A stretch of DNA of 64,000 bases from assembly GCA_951406725.2 (NCBI GenBank), contig OX597825.1:75330001-75394000 (forward strand). Reading direction: 5' to 3'. Below, piece by piece: positions 11,962 through 24,291 of the stretch. The DNA is from Octopus vulgaris. Taxonomy: Eukaryota. The position numbers and the translations under genes are program-made. Within the stretch, counting starts at the first letter, position 1; the number at the start of each line of letters is the position of its first letter. The notes beneath the pieces are model-generated. The model did no database searches. It was not told the DNA's origin and saw only the letters and a list, made by a program, of their open reading frames with translations.

Positions 11962-12196
11962 CTTATTTCTTTATTGCCCAGAAGGGGCTAAACATAGAGG
12001 GAACAAACAAGGACAAACAAACGGATTAAGTCGATTACATTGACCCCAGTGCGTAACTGGTACTTATTTTATCGACCCTGAAAGGATGAAAGGTAAAGTC
12101 GACCTCGGCGGAATTTGAACTCAGACTGTAACAGCAGACAAAATACCACTAAGCATTTCGCCCAGCATGCTAACATTTCTGTCAGCTCGCCACCTT
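11962..12196 (-). mobile_element. SINE family B (GGCGGCGAGCTGGCAGAA... head); other copies ~8703-8915, 10080-10268, 33192-33420(-), 38555-38730, 39445-39600(-), 41183-41408, 45125-45283(-), 54624-54857
   Basis: Recurring GAGTTCAAATTCCGCCGAGGTCGACTTT(G/A)CCTTTCATCCTTTCGGGGTCGATAAA core. Confidence 0.88.
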
Positions 12197-12625
12197 ATAT
12201 TTCTGTTTGAACTGATTTCATATTCAGTGTGATGATATATCATGTATATCATTGATTAGCATACTTTTATATGCTAATCAATGCCAGGAAAATTACTTTT
12301 GCTATATAACAAAAAAGAAACAATTATCATATTCAGTGTAATGATATACTTTAATATGATAATCAATGCTAGGAAAATTACTTTTACTATATAGCAAAAA
12401 AGAAACAGTTATTAGCTATAAAAGTTAGAAAATTTTGGGTAACTTTAGCCGATTGTAAGCCATAAACACGTTCGTATCTGTTTCCATAGTAACCAGCAAA
12501 ACATAAGAACTCTTTTGTCTGCGAGAAAGCACATGTTGATAAATATATTCGAGTCATTTAGGTGGTTGTCTTATGTGCTAAAAATAGCGGTCAAATAGGC
12601 CTTAAATCACACATCAGATGAGTAT

Positions 12626-13300
12626 GTGGTTTTGTACTTGCAAGAAAAGGGTCTTATACCCAAAAGAAAATTATGCAGAATGAAGAAGTATTTTATGAGT
12701 ACAAGAAAATGTGGTGGGAATATGTATTGGCAAGGATGCATGGAGTCTGTGTCAGTGAGGAAAGACGCATGGTTTGATTGTGGCACCCTTTCTCTTGGGA
12801 CTTTAGTGCTTTTCCTTTACTTGACTTCTGTCCGGTTTTATGTTGAGGGGATGAACCATTGCACAGCTGTTGATTATAACAGCTATGTTAGGGAAGTATG
12901 TGCTGAGGCCCTGCTCTGTCATTCAGTTAAAGTTGGTGGTCCTGCGAAAATTGTAGACATTGATGAAACAGTCTTTTCAAGATGATGAGTACAACCGAGG
13001 AAGCTACTTGAGCAGTGAGTTTTTCGGAGGAGTGTGTTGCTAGACCAGACAGGTTTTTCTTTATGCTGTACCATGTCAGGATCCTGTCAGAATCAAGTAA
13101 TGCATACATTACTTGATTCTTCCAGGAACAACAATTTTCAGCAATTTGTTGAGGGCATACTTTCACATTCCTGAAATTGATGGTTACAATTTTGAGCATA
13201 GAAAGGTGAACCACAGCTTTGGGTTTGTTAACTCGAAAGATGGTACCCACAATCAACAAGTGGAGAATACATGGGCCTCTGTAAAGCAAGGTAATAAATG
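12626..13300 (+). mobile_element. Merlin/IS1595-like (ISXO2 domain) DNA transposase fossil
   Basis: VGGPAKIVDIDETVFSR..YNRG..., LPGTTIFS..LRAY..., EHRKVNHSFGFV...GTHNQQVENTWASVK; in-frame stops. Confidence 0.85.
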
Positions 13301-13519
13301 ATGCTGTAGCACTTACAGTTCTACGGCAGATTCATATCTCTGTTTGAGAAATTGTTTGAATACATTTCTAACTTTCATTTTTAATGAACTGGTCAATGAA
13401 AAGTTTGTTTTGTTTTCTAAAAATTAAGATAAATGTAAACAAACAATATTTGATTTGTAATGTGCTATTTTGATTTTGGATAAATCTTTTAAGTTTGTGC
13501 TATAAGTTTCGGTAAATTT

Positions 13520-14730
13520 TGATCCTTTTACCTGCACGATTTTCAATAAGAAAAATAACTCGGATTTTTTGCATGGAATCAAGTACCCTGACTTCCTAAT
13601 ATGCTGCAAACCCCTTATTTTTGTTTGGAAAAAGAGTAGAAATGGGAAACTGGACCCCCTTCCATATCCTGGAATCATTGGGAATTTTTTTTTTGTTGAA
13701 TGAATTCTTGTGACCTAATATGCTACGAAACCCTTTTTTGGGTCTGGAAAATGGGGTGGGGTGAGATGGAAGCCCCAGAAATTTCACCCCTCACTTCCAT
13801 TGATCTTTTCCAAACAAAAATAAGGGGTTTGTAGCATATTAGGAGGTCAGAGTACATGATTCCATGCAAAAAATCTGACTTTTTTTTTCTTAGTGAAAAT
13901 CATGGAAAGCAGATGTTAAACGATGATGATGATCTATAATGATATATATAATTATGATAGATTGTTACCCATTCAATGTTTAAGTAAACTTCGTCACCCA
14001 TTCACTCACACTCTTTCCTTCTCTCTCTCTCTCTCTCTCTCTTCTCTCTTCTCTCTATCCACACACAAAAATGAAACTCATTTCAGTGTCAAAAATTGCT
14101 ATGGAAAAATGGTTTAGTGTTTTCAGATCTATTCGGGATTATTATATATCTTATATCCAGTGATTTTAAGAATTAGGAAAAAGATATTTTGTTAATATTT
14201 GACTTTTACTCCATTTCACTCATACATGCAAAACTCTTAACAGGTTTTTTAAAATGAATTTATCGTTCGTTATCTCTCCACACTTCGTTACTACTAATTT
14301 CTATAACCTCTGCATTTTCACTTATTCATTTTAAACTTCTTTAAATCTTCAATTTAATGTAATCCACACTCTCTCGAAAGCATATTTCAGCAAAATGTTA
14401 TCTAAAATTATGGGTAAAGAAAGAAATAGCAAAAAATATTTGAAAATGGGGGTGGGGTGGGAATTTTCAGGGGTTCCACCCGCACCCTATTTTCCGGACC
14501 CAAAAAAGGGTTTTGTTACATATTAGGGCACCGGAATTCAGTCAAAAAAAACGAAAGAAATTTCCAATGATTCCGGGATATGGGGGAAGGGGTCCGGTTT
14601 CCCACCCCCACTTTTTTCCAAACAAAATTAAAGGTTTGCAGCATATTAAGAGGTCAAGGTACTTGATTCCACACAAAAAATCCGACTTTTTTTTTTAGTG
14701 AAAATCATGTGGGTGAAAGAATCAAATAAT
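13520..14730. mobile_element. foldback/MITE-like element with ~270-bp inverted arms
   Basis: 13520-13790 is the diverged reverse complement of 14440-14730; additional internal inverted pair 13571-13632 / 13806-13867. Confidence 0.7.
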
Positions 14731-14765
14731 ACCTAAGTTTCTCATTTTGAGAAATATTTAATTTT

Positions 14766-15214
14766 TAGAATGGTTGTATACTGTCAATCTAACATGAACG
14801 TGACAGTAGGGGTGTACACCACCACTGTTTAGCCCTAGGAAGCATCGATGCCTCCTGATGGCTTTGACACATTTTTCCTGTATCCTTATATACATTTACG
14901 AAGGGGAGACAAACACCCCCAGCTGCCAGGGCTGCATCTAGAGACACGCATGTTTCAGGATCATTGTCCTTCGTCGGTCTAGACTAGCAGACACCGGTCA
15001 GCTGTTGATATCTACCTCGACTCGCAATGTATATATCTAATTTCAGTGAAGTTTATTCACTGATTATCAAAATAAGAAATATTAAATTTCTATAAAGACA
15101 CAGGAAAAATGTGTCAAAGCCATCAGGAGGCGTCGATGCTTCCTAGGGCTAAACAGCGGTGGTGTACCCCCTACTGTCACGTTCATGTTAGATTGACAGT
15201 ATACAACCATTCTA
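14766..15214. repeat. 125-bp inverted repeat with 200-bp spacer containing a hammerhead motif
   Basis: Arms 14766-14890 and 15091-15214 are near-perfect reverse complements. Confidence 0.93.
14932..14990 (-). ncRNA. type I hammerhead ribozyme motif (U4C core variant)
   Basis: Minus strand: ctgc-tag-TCTAGA CCGACGA AGGA caatga TCCT GAAA CA tgcg TG TC TCTAGA t gcag. Stems I-III all pair; GUC cleavage triplet. Confidence 0.75.
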
Positions 15215-16250
15215 TCGCCCCACCACCGTACATATCTCTACGAGAGATTTAGAAATTTAATATTTCATTTTTAATATGCTGTTTATTACATTAAATACAT
15301 TTTGAATGCTTTAAACTACAAAATACATGTTGTTTATTTGTTCTTCTCTTTTGTCATTAAGGTGGTTGTGAGGTGTGCAAAAATTACAGCTAAATAGGCC
15401 TTAAATCACGCACCTCAACAATCTTTTTCAGCATAATCATATGAACTCCTGTGTGTAGAATACAAATTTGCAAAAACTTTCTGAAAGTTCAAAAAAATAA
15501 AAAAATTATGAGGGGACATGTGTTGTGTGTAATTCATTTGTTTATGGTTTTATGTAAAAATACATGTGCCATTTCCAGGATGTTGACAAAATGTGCAGCC
15601 AAGCACAAAATGACAGCTTTCAAATCCTGTTTCCTGATTGGGCAAAAATTATCAAGCTTTAAAACTCTATAACTTCTTTAAAAAAATTTTTCTGGAAAAA
15701 GTGAAATATCTCCAGTAATTCAGCTTGGAAAACTACATTAATGAACCAAATTTAAAAATTTTCAATAAAACTTTGATTTTTGAAATCTTGGCATCCAAAC
15801 ACAAATGATCCATTTATGGTTTGAACTGAGTCATGATTAACAGCACAAAGAAATACAAAGGTTTTAATTGATTGCCACGTTTTATTTTGACACCTAATGG
15901 AGAGTACAGTAAGCTGGTTCATGAATTTACTGTTAGAAAATATACACTTAGTTTCTCAAGCAGTTGGTACTTGGTAATGTGTGCTGGATGGAACACTGGT
16001 GCATCAATGCTCTCTGCTGAATAACTCTCTTCTCTGAGCTAGCTTAGAGGAAATTCTTTATTTATAGCTGTTATGAAGCTCCAGCAAACCAGCACAGTTT
16101 GCTGGTCTGGCAAGTGGTCTGATTGGATAACATAAAGCATCCCAATTGCCATGAATGGGCTTGGTCAATGTGTAAACTGTCAGGTGACCCTATCATATGA
16201 CCATTTGCAGAAAACAAGTGTGATGAGCTGATATTCGCCTAATTAAGTAT

Positions 16251-17210
16251 AATTGGTCGAATAATAATAATAATCATAACTCTGCTACAACTACCCTTGG
16301 ATCAGTATAGCAAGCGCAAGAGAAAGGTACGAAAAGATCAAACAGAAAATAAAAATGTAGCAAGAAGGGAAAATGTACAACAAATGACAGGAACAAAAAT
16401 GTACAAAAAGGAAATGCAATGGAAGAAAAAGAAAATATGAGCAAAACCATGTCCAATGAAAATGTACAATATATCAACTGTTATGAGAATAACCAAAACA
16501 TAGTTGAAAGCCATTGGAAACAGTTCAGATAGTTCAACATGAAGGTCTTTAGAAATTACATAAGGTAGTATGTCAATAGTATGCATAGGGTGCAAGTAAG
16601 CTCTAACAGAAAAGGTTTTTTTTTTTTGTTTTTACCATTTACTCTCTTTACTCTTTTACTTGTTTCAGTCATTTGACTGTGGCCATGCTGGAGCACCGCC
16701 TTTAGTCGAGCAAATCGACCCCCCTCCCCCAGGACTTATTCTTTGTAAGCCTAGTACTTATTCTATCAGTCTCTTTTGCCGAACCGCTAGATTACGGAGA
16801 CGTAAACACACCAGCATCGGTTGTCAAGCGATGTTGGGGGGGGGGGGGGACAAACACACACACACACACACACTTATATATACATATATACGACAGGCTT
16901 CTTTCAGTTTCCGTCTACTAAATCCACTCACAGGGCTTTGGTCGGCCCGAGGCTATAGTAGAAGACACTTGCCCAAGGTGCCACGCAGTGGGACTGAACC
17001 CAGAACCATGTGGTTGGTAAGCAAGCTACTTACCACACAGCCACTCCTATGCCTACACAGCCACTCCTACACCCTGCTGTACATTTTCCCTTCTTGTTAT
17101 GTTTTTTTTTGTTGTTCTGTTGGTGTTTTTATACCTTTCCCTTGCGATCACTATACTGGTCTGAGGTAGTTGTAGCAGAGACATGATTGTTATTATTATT
17201 CGACCGATTA
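16251..17210. mobile_element. old TIR element (~130-bp diverged inverted ends) with a nested family A SINE (16640-17055, -)
   Basis: 16251-16382 vs reverse complement of 17075-17210 (e.g. CTCTGCTACAACTACC / GGTAGTTGTAGCAGAG). Confidence 0.7.
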
Positions 17211-17259
17211 ATAATAATTATGTCTCTGCTATAAAACTGAAACTGAAAGCGTTAAACAT

Positions 17260-17437
17260 TTCTATACTTAAGAGATGAGGAATTATGTACATGATTTACA
17301 TGATTTACATTTGATGAATATTTGTCCTCGTCTTGTTTGTTGTTAACACAACATTTTGGCTGATATACCCTCCAGCCTTCATCAGGTGTCTTAGGGAAAT
17401 TTTGAACCTGGATTCTCATTCCTAAGGTATTTTTCAA

Positions 17438-17474
<37 letters not shown>

Positions 17475-17480
17475 GTTGTT

Positions 17481-17519
<39 letters not shown>

Positions 17520-17750
17520 ATTATCATTATTATTATTATTATTATTATTCAGTAGTTTTATTTTTATAGCGTGCTTTCACTTCACTACCGAGCGCAGCTC
17601 TGTGTGCCTTGGGTATGTGCTGTGATTTGTTGTGATGCTCTGATGGTTATTGTATGGAAAGTGTTCTGCGTAGGATGTGTGCAGTGCCTAGTAGTGCAAT
17701 TTTCGTAGTGCCTAGTAGTGCAATTATTATTATTAGTGCCTAGTAGTGCA

Positions 17751-17796
<46 letters not shown>

Positions 17797-17871
17797 TCAC
17801 TGCCTAGAATCAAACTCGGAATCTTGGGGTTAGTAGCCTGCGCTCTTAACCACTACGCCACATTGCCCGTG
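17260..17871 (-). mobile_element. tRNA-headed SINE with decayed hammerhead in its 3' part, interrupted by an R4-like 3' end (~17550-17750)
   Basis: Head GTGGCGTAGTGGTTAAGAGCG...GAGTTTGATTCT; (AAT)n linker; GACAC CTGATGA AGGCTG..CAGCC AAAATGTT GTGTT at 17390-17345; nested piece translates KIALLGTAHILRRTLSIQ*. Confidence 0.7.
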
Positions 17872-19282
17872 TGAGCCCTGGGAGTCAGAGTGGCTGTTTC
17901 AGTGCATCTCCCTCATCATCCCCTAGGATAATGCCTCTTCTATTTTGTCTGCTGGCACCAGGAAAGTAACCTATGACAACGTTTAACAGCAGATTTCATA
18001 AAAGAGCTTTGTATAGTATATATCAACAGGTATTATAGCAATAAGAAGAAAAATATTATAAACACTGGATTTTCCTTCCTACTCTCCCCCACTCACTAAT
18101 TTTCCTTTTTTTTTTTTGTATGTTTCTTTTCTTAGTCACATTCAACTCTAAGCAGGTCAGTTTCATACACTAACTAATTCTTTTATGTCTACATCAGATC
18201 TACTTGTGTTTGTGTGTATCTCTATATACATTTCTTTATTGATCAGAAAGTCTACTGTGTTGTTACACGTTGAATTTAGGGCAAGTGAGTCTTTTGTTAT
18301 GCTTAGATTCAAATCTATTTTGTTATTCTTCACTATGTGTTGTATATAATATAATATAATATAATATAATTTTTCCTACTATAGGCACAATGTCCGACAT
18401 TTTATGGATCAGAGACCACTCGATTACATCAACCCAGGGCTCAACTGGTACTTATTTTGTCAACCTTAAAAGGATAAGAGGAAAAGTAGGCTTTGAGATT
18501 ATATCACTCAGAAAAGATCTTTATTTATATTCATATATATATACATAACACACACACATATACATATACACATACATAACACACACATATACATATACAC
18601 ATACATAACACACACACAAATACACACACACAAATACACACACATATACATATACACATACATAACACACACAAATACACACACATATACATATATACAT
18701 ACATACATACTCATACACACATGTAGTCCTTTTTAAACAGACACTGCAAGTTTGTCTCACATTTCAAGGCTGACAAAAGGTCAAAGTGACATAGAATTCA
18801 TGTTGCAAGACAGATTTTCAGCTTCAGTTTTAATTGAAACTATATCCTCTACAACAAGCATTGAGAAGTCCTTTCTCATTCATTCACACATGGCTATATA
18901 AAACTGATCCATTTAATGGGTATTTACTCTTCTAAAAATAGAGTCTCATCCTATTGGTGTTATCCCATTGAGTTAAGATTGGGTTAGTGCTCTCCTATGC
19001 AAACTGATTCAGTTCACTTGTCTTGGCAGTGTGTCATAAAGAACATGTGAGTATGATATGGAGACTTCTACATACATTACAGAATCAAATTTTTGCTGTG
19101 GTGTCGTCTTAGCTATTTTATTATTTTCTTGACTTGCCCTATTTCAAAATTTAATAATACTAGTGTGTTAATAAAAACATTTTTAGTGCTTAAGAAACTA
19201 CATAGCGTAAAATGGGTGTCATGTAAATGAGAGTGGAAACAATTTGCCATTTTATTCAAAAGTTTGTACATCTTGTTGCTAA

Positions 19283-19448
19283 AGGTGCAGGAGTGGCTGT
19301 GTGGTAAGTAGCTTGCTTACCAACCACATGGTTCAGGGTTCAGTCCTACTGCGTGGCACCTTGGGCAAGTGTCTTCTGCTATAGCCTCGGGCCGACCAAA
19401 GCCTTGTGAGTGGATTTGGTAGATGGAAACTGAAAGAAGCCTGTCGTA

Positions 19449-19497
<49 letters not shown>

Positions 19498-19720
19498 ATA
19501 TATGTTTGTGTGTCTGTGTTTGTCCCCCTAGCATTGCTTGACAACCGATGCTGGTGTGTTTACATCCCCGTCACTTAGCGGTTCGGTAAAAGAGACCGAT
19601 AGAATAAGTACTGGGCTTACAAAGAATAAGTCCCGGGGATCGATTTGCTCGACTAAAGGCGGTGCTACAGCATGGCCACAGTCAAATGACTGAAACAAAT
19701 AAAAGAGTAAAAGAGTAAAG
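19283..19720 (+). mobile_element. SINE family A
   Basis: Full-length copy similar to 11054-11455. Confidence 0.9.
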
Positions 19721-22700
19721 GGTCCATGTTCCTATTCTGACTTGGTGCTGCACTATGTTTTTTATCAACAGTTAGTTTACTATGAAGTCTTATAAGCTAA
19801 CTGATGTTAATAGCAAAGAGGGTAGAGTACTAGATGAGTTTTGAAAGGGGTTGATAATAATTCTTTAATTTTGAAACATGGTCAGTAATTTTCTAGGAAA
19901 ACAAGAAAATCAAATACATCACAAAGCTTCGGTTGACTCTGGGCTATAGTGGAAGACACCTGCCCAAAGTGCCACGCAGTGGGACTGAACCCGAAACCAT
20001 GTAGCTAGGAAGCAAGCTCCCTAACCACACAGCCATACTTTATTCTATTGACCCCGAAAGAACAAAATTTGAACACACAACATAATTCCAGATTAAATGC
20101 CACTAAGCATTTCGACCGATGTGCAAGTGACCTTTTCCACCTCGCTGCCTTGGCAGTGTTAATAACAATGGTTTCAGATTGCGGCAAAAGACTGGCAGTT
20201 TTGTGGGGAGTGGGTAAGTCAATTAATAGGGAGCTCAGTACTCAACTGGTACTTATTTTATTAATTCAGAAAGGATGAAAGGGGAAGTGACCGTGGCAGC
20301 AATTGCTGTGATTGTGTCCTGCTATTGATGTAGATAAGAATGCTTATTGTCATCAGAAAACCATATGAGAGGTTCTCTCATGGTAACTGTCACAGTATTC
20401 TCTGTTCCAACACAACATCCAGAACAAATATCACAATGCACTTTTTAGATGCTCTAACAGTTCTGTCAGCTTGTTACTTTAGACAAGGATGAGAGTAGTA
20501 AAAAGAATATGAGGGATTTGGCTATTGTGTTGCATTTCTAGAATGATGGCACACTCCCGAGAGTAAACAGTTTTATAGTCTTCTCTTGAAGTAAGATGAC
20601 ATTCTTATCTCATTTACCAGTGACATGATAAGCTTTATTCTTTTTTAGATGAAAAGAAAAGTAGACCCTCTTTCTCTCTCTTTCTCTCTATCCATCCTCT
20701 CTCTGTCCAGTGTAAACATTGATATGTTTGGTAAGACAACCTTGGGATCACAGAATACTATAAGAATGGATTTTACTATTCTACTACCAAGCAAAAAAAG
20801 CATAAAGAACAATTCTACACCATTCAATACATGTCAGTCACACTTAATTATAATAGATACAACACAAAAAGTCAGACTGGAATAAATATGGATACAGCAG
20901 ATATAAAACACAAAACCTGTTACAAAATGGATAAAATGTCATCCGACTTTGAATCAGAAACTGAACATAGGAGAGATTTAAAGGTTAGACCAATAGCTTT
21001 ATGTAATCTACAATGAATGATTGAATAAAAGATTAGCTCTGCTTGTGCCCTAATTCTTTATTGTTGTTGTTGTAAAAAAACTCACAGCTTATTTGGCCGG
21101 GTATGATGGAAAGTGTCAGCTGCCAACAGCCAGCAGACTAAGGCAACACTTGTTTTACTGGTCATGGTTCAAGAACCCTGCAAAGAATTCTTGTAGTTCC
21201 AAGCGATGTTGATCTTTGTAGGTATTCTACTTTCACACTTGCTCCGATCTTTTTCAGTCATGCTGGTAGTTGTTGAGTGCTGATACTTCCAAGTGCACCG
21301 ATTACTATTGGTATCACGTCTACTCTCCCTATTGACCACAACCTTTGTATTTCCCACTTTAAATCATCATAGTTGTTTATTTTTTCCTTCTTTCACACTG
21401 ACCCTGTTGTCACCGGGGCATGCTATATTGATTACCATATATGTTCTTCATTTTTATTCACCACAACAATGTCTGGTCAGTTATCATTATTATTATTGCA
21501 ATGTATAAATGATTATTTATTTTGCATATTCTACATAATTTGGTCAGTTGACTACAACATAGCATATTATTGTATATGTAAGAAGTTTGTATGTAATCAT
21601 TATTTCATAATGATTATTTTTTATTTGCCTTTTTTTTTTGGTAAGCTGCTTCTTCTTTGAGGAGGTACCTTGATCTGTAATGTGTAATGCATTTAGATTG
21701 TCAAGAACATAAATATAATTATAATACATGAATTTGAGAGACTTAAAATAGCAATAAAATAAATAGCCTTTCCTTATACAGGGTGGACCAAAATGATCTG
21801 ACACATTTGGAGGCTTAATAAAAGCACAAAATAAGAAATAATGAAAAGAAAAATTTTATTTTCTGAATGTACATATAATGCCATTTTATTTCATTAAGTT
21901 TTAAAAATTAAAATGCTACTCCCTTGGCAATATACACCCGTCCCTTAGCTTCCCATTTGGCTATCTGATACATTCTCCTGTTAACCCCACTCTTCCAGGT
22001 GTTCCATGCCTGTTTCTTAGCTCTGATGGCCCCGTCTATAGTACTGACATACTTCTATCTTACTTCTTGCACACACAACATTTCTATTCATTTTCACTCA
22101 AATATCTCTATAATCTCACCAGGCCTACTTTCTAATTGTATCGAAACACACGCACACAAATACACACATGCCCTTCCTTATTCCAACCACTAGCCTGAAA
22201 ATATGTGATGATTAGTGAGATGAAGAACATCGGTGTGTAGAAAAATCTACCTCAATGAATCCCCTCTTGCTCATAAAGCATGGAAAAGTGGATGTAAAAA
22301 TAAAGATAATGATGTATGTATGCACATATGTATGTATGTATGTTTGTATGCATGTATGTATGTATGTATGAGCATACGTACATATGTATGTGTGCATGTA
22401 TGTGCTGACATACTTATAAAATGGTGAATTGTACTTCTATTTTACAAAATTAGATGGTTTACAAAACAATGATCCATTGAGATTTGTTAAGCAGATTTTT
22501 GTATGTAACATTTGAAATGCTAATGAGTTGTTTTGACCCCAAAAGGATTTCGTTTTTATCAAAGTGCATTAAATTTCCATGTTGATATATTGTCCAGGAC
22601 ACAGTTTATAAATATTTTCACAATGTTTTTTGTTTTATCTTTCAAATTCTGATGTTATCATTTGTTTTTTTCTGCAAAGTAAGGATAATGTCTGCATCTC

Positions 22701-23261
22701 TGGGAGGCCTTTCCAGACAAATGGAACAATTCAGATGAAGTCTACTTTGAACTTTTGCAGGAGATGAAATAAGGAAAGTTTGAGACATTACATACATGTA
22801 GCTCAGGGGTACAAGGATTGGGTAAATTATTTAGTAGAATTCTAACCCTAATTTAGTAGATCAAATGAAACAAAAGGAGTGACAAAGAAAAGCAAAGGTA
22901 AGTGTCTTGAGTGGTATACAATTAACAAATTTAGAGAAGCAGTGACTGTTTGAAAAACGTTCAAAGAGTGTGGGGAGAGAATATTCGTGGATTAGTAATT
23001 GTGGGATTATGCTGGTTTCAAATTTTGGTACAAGGCCAGCAATTTTGGGGGAGGAAACAAGTTGATTACATTGACTCCAGTGTTCAACTGACATTTATTT
23101 TATCAACCCCAAAAGGATGAAAGCAAAGTCAACCTTGACAGAATTTGAACTCAGAACATAGTCAGACAAAATGCTGCCAAGTGTGTAAATGGTTCTGTGA
23201 GCTTGCTGCCTTTTTGTGGCACTATATTTTTAATTAAATATTTCACTGATTTCTCCCTCAG

Positions 23262-23585
23262 GTGTCCGTCTTTGTGAGTAGAAAAATCAACCTCCATGAA
23301 TCCTCTCTTGCTTATAAAGCATGGAAAAGTGGATGTAAAACTAAAGATAATGATGTATATATGTATGCATATATGTATATATGTATGTATGTATGTTTGT
23401 ATGCATGTATGTATGTATGTATGATACATGTATGTATGTATGTATACATGTATGTATACTCACAAAGCTCACGTGTATTGGACTGAAGTGGAGTCTTCTG
23501 ACAGTGACGAAAGTATTTTCACCACAAAGCAATTTCACAGCTCATGACAAATATTTAAATAACACTGCCAACCTTTATGGCTCAA
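23262..23585 (+). pseudogene. pseudo-exon 2 of an alpha-arrestin paralog
   Basis: Acceptor ...ccctcAG|GTGTCCGTCT as in exon 2; ~190-bp insertion (23272-23464); then KAHVYWTEVESSDSDESIFTTK, frameshift, NFTAHDKYLNNTANLYGS|gt. Confidence 0.85.
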
Positions 23586-24076
23586 GTAGGCTCGTATTAT
23601 GTGAAACTATGTCATGCCTGAATACACCCACACAAACATTCTTCTATACGTGTACACACACACACATAAGTTTGCACATGCAGACACACATAAACCTTTC
23701 ATTTTTGCAAACCTCTCCCATTTTATTTCATCATAAATATATTGTTGTTATTTAACCACAGGTCTGCCTTTAGTAAACAAATTTATGATCGAAAGCATTC
23801 CAGCCATGACTGTCACATCTTCTTTTTTTCAGAAATTGTACATCTAAGACTACATCTATGTTATCGACTATGTCCTTCCTTCTTTGAAACAGTAGGGTAT
23901 GATTTAAATGAGATTCGGTTGCCATTTCTTGCAAGCTGACTGACCACATAGAGGGTTTCTTAGTAACTCATATAAGAATATTCTTTAGCTTTGTTGTTAA
24001 AAAGGTGTTTTGGTTATAACCACTAAAATGAACTTAACTGTTAATACCTGAAGGATTAAGATTTTTGTGTTGTTAA

Positions 24077-24291
24077 CCCTTTCGTTACCAACCCAGCTAA
24101 AACCGGCTCTGTAGTACAAATGTCTTGTTCTCATAAGTTCTGAATTAAAATCTTCCACCAAACCTTTAGTCACAATTAATGTTCCTAACACTAGCTTAAT
24201 GATAACTAAGTTATTTACTAAATTCTTTGTTATATTTAAAGTAACTGAGAGAGACACAGATTATCTCAAAATAAATACATTAATGAAAGGG
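24077..24291. mobile_element. piggyBac-type MITE (TTAA-CCC...GGG-TTAA); copies at ~34767-34990, 55600-57791 (split by LINE), ~60200-60421
   Basis: TTAA flanks; TIR CCCTTTCGTTAC / GTAACGAAAGGG in better-preserved copies. Confidence 0.8.

Noticed and set aside
16660-17169. Recurrent ORFs such as FQSFDCGHAGA... and ...YQIHSQGFG...
   Set aside because: Chance translations of SINE family A copies.
18760-19130. Coding-like stretches (also ~15880-16240 and 31700-31850)
   Set aside because: No motif I can name and multiple stops; possibly old transposon debris but unsupported.
20649-20885. ORF MKRKVDPLS... conserved at 50293-50529
   Set aside because: Similarity is explained by the segmental duplication; no recognisable domain or splice sites.
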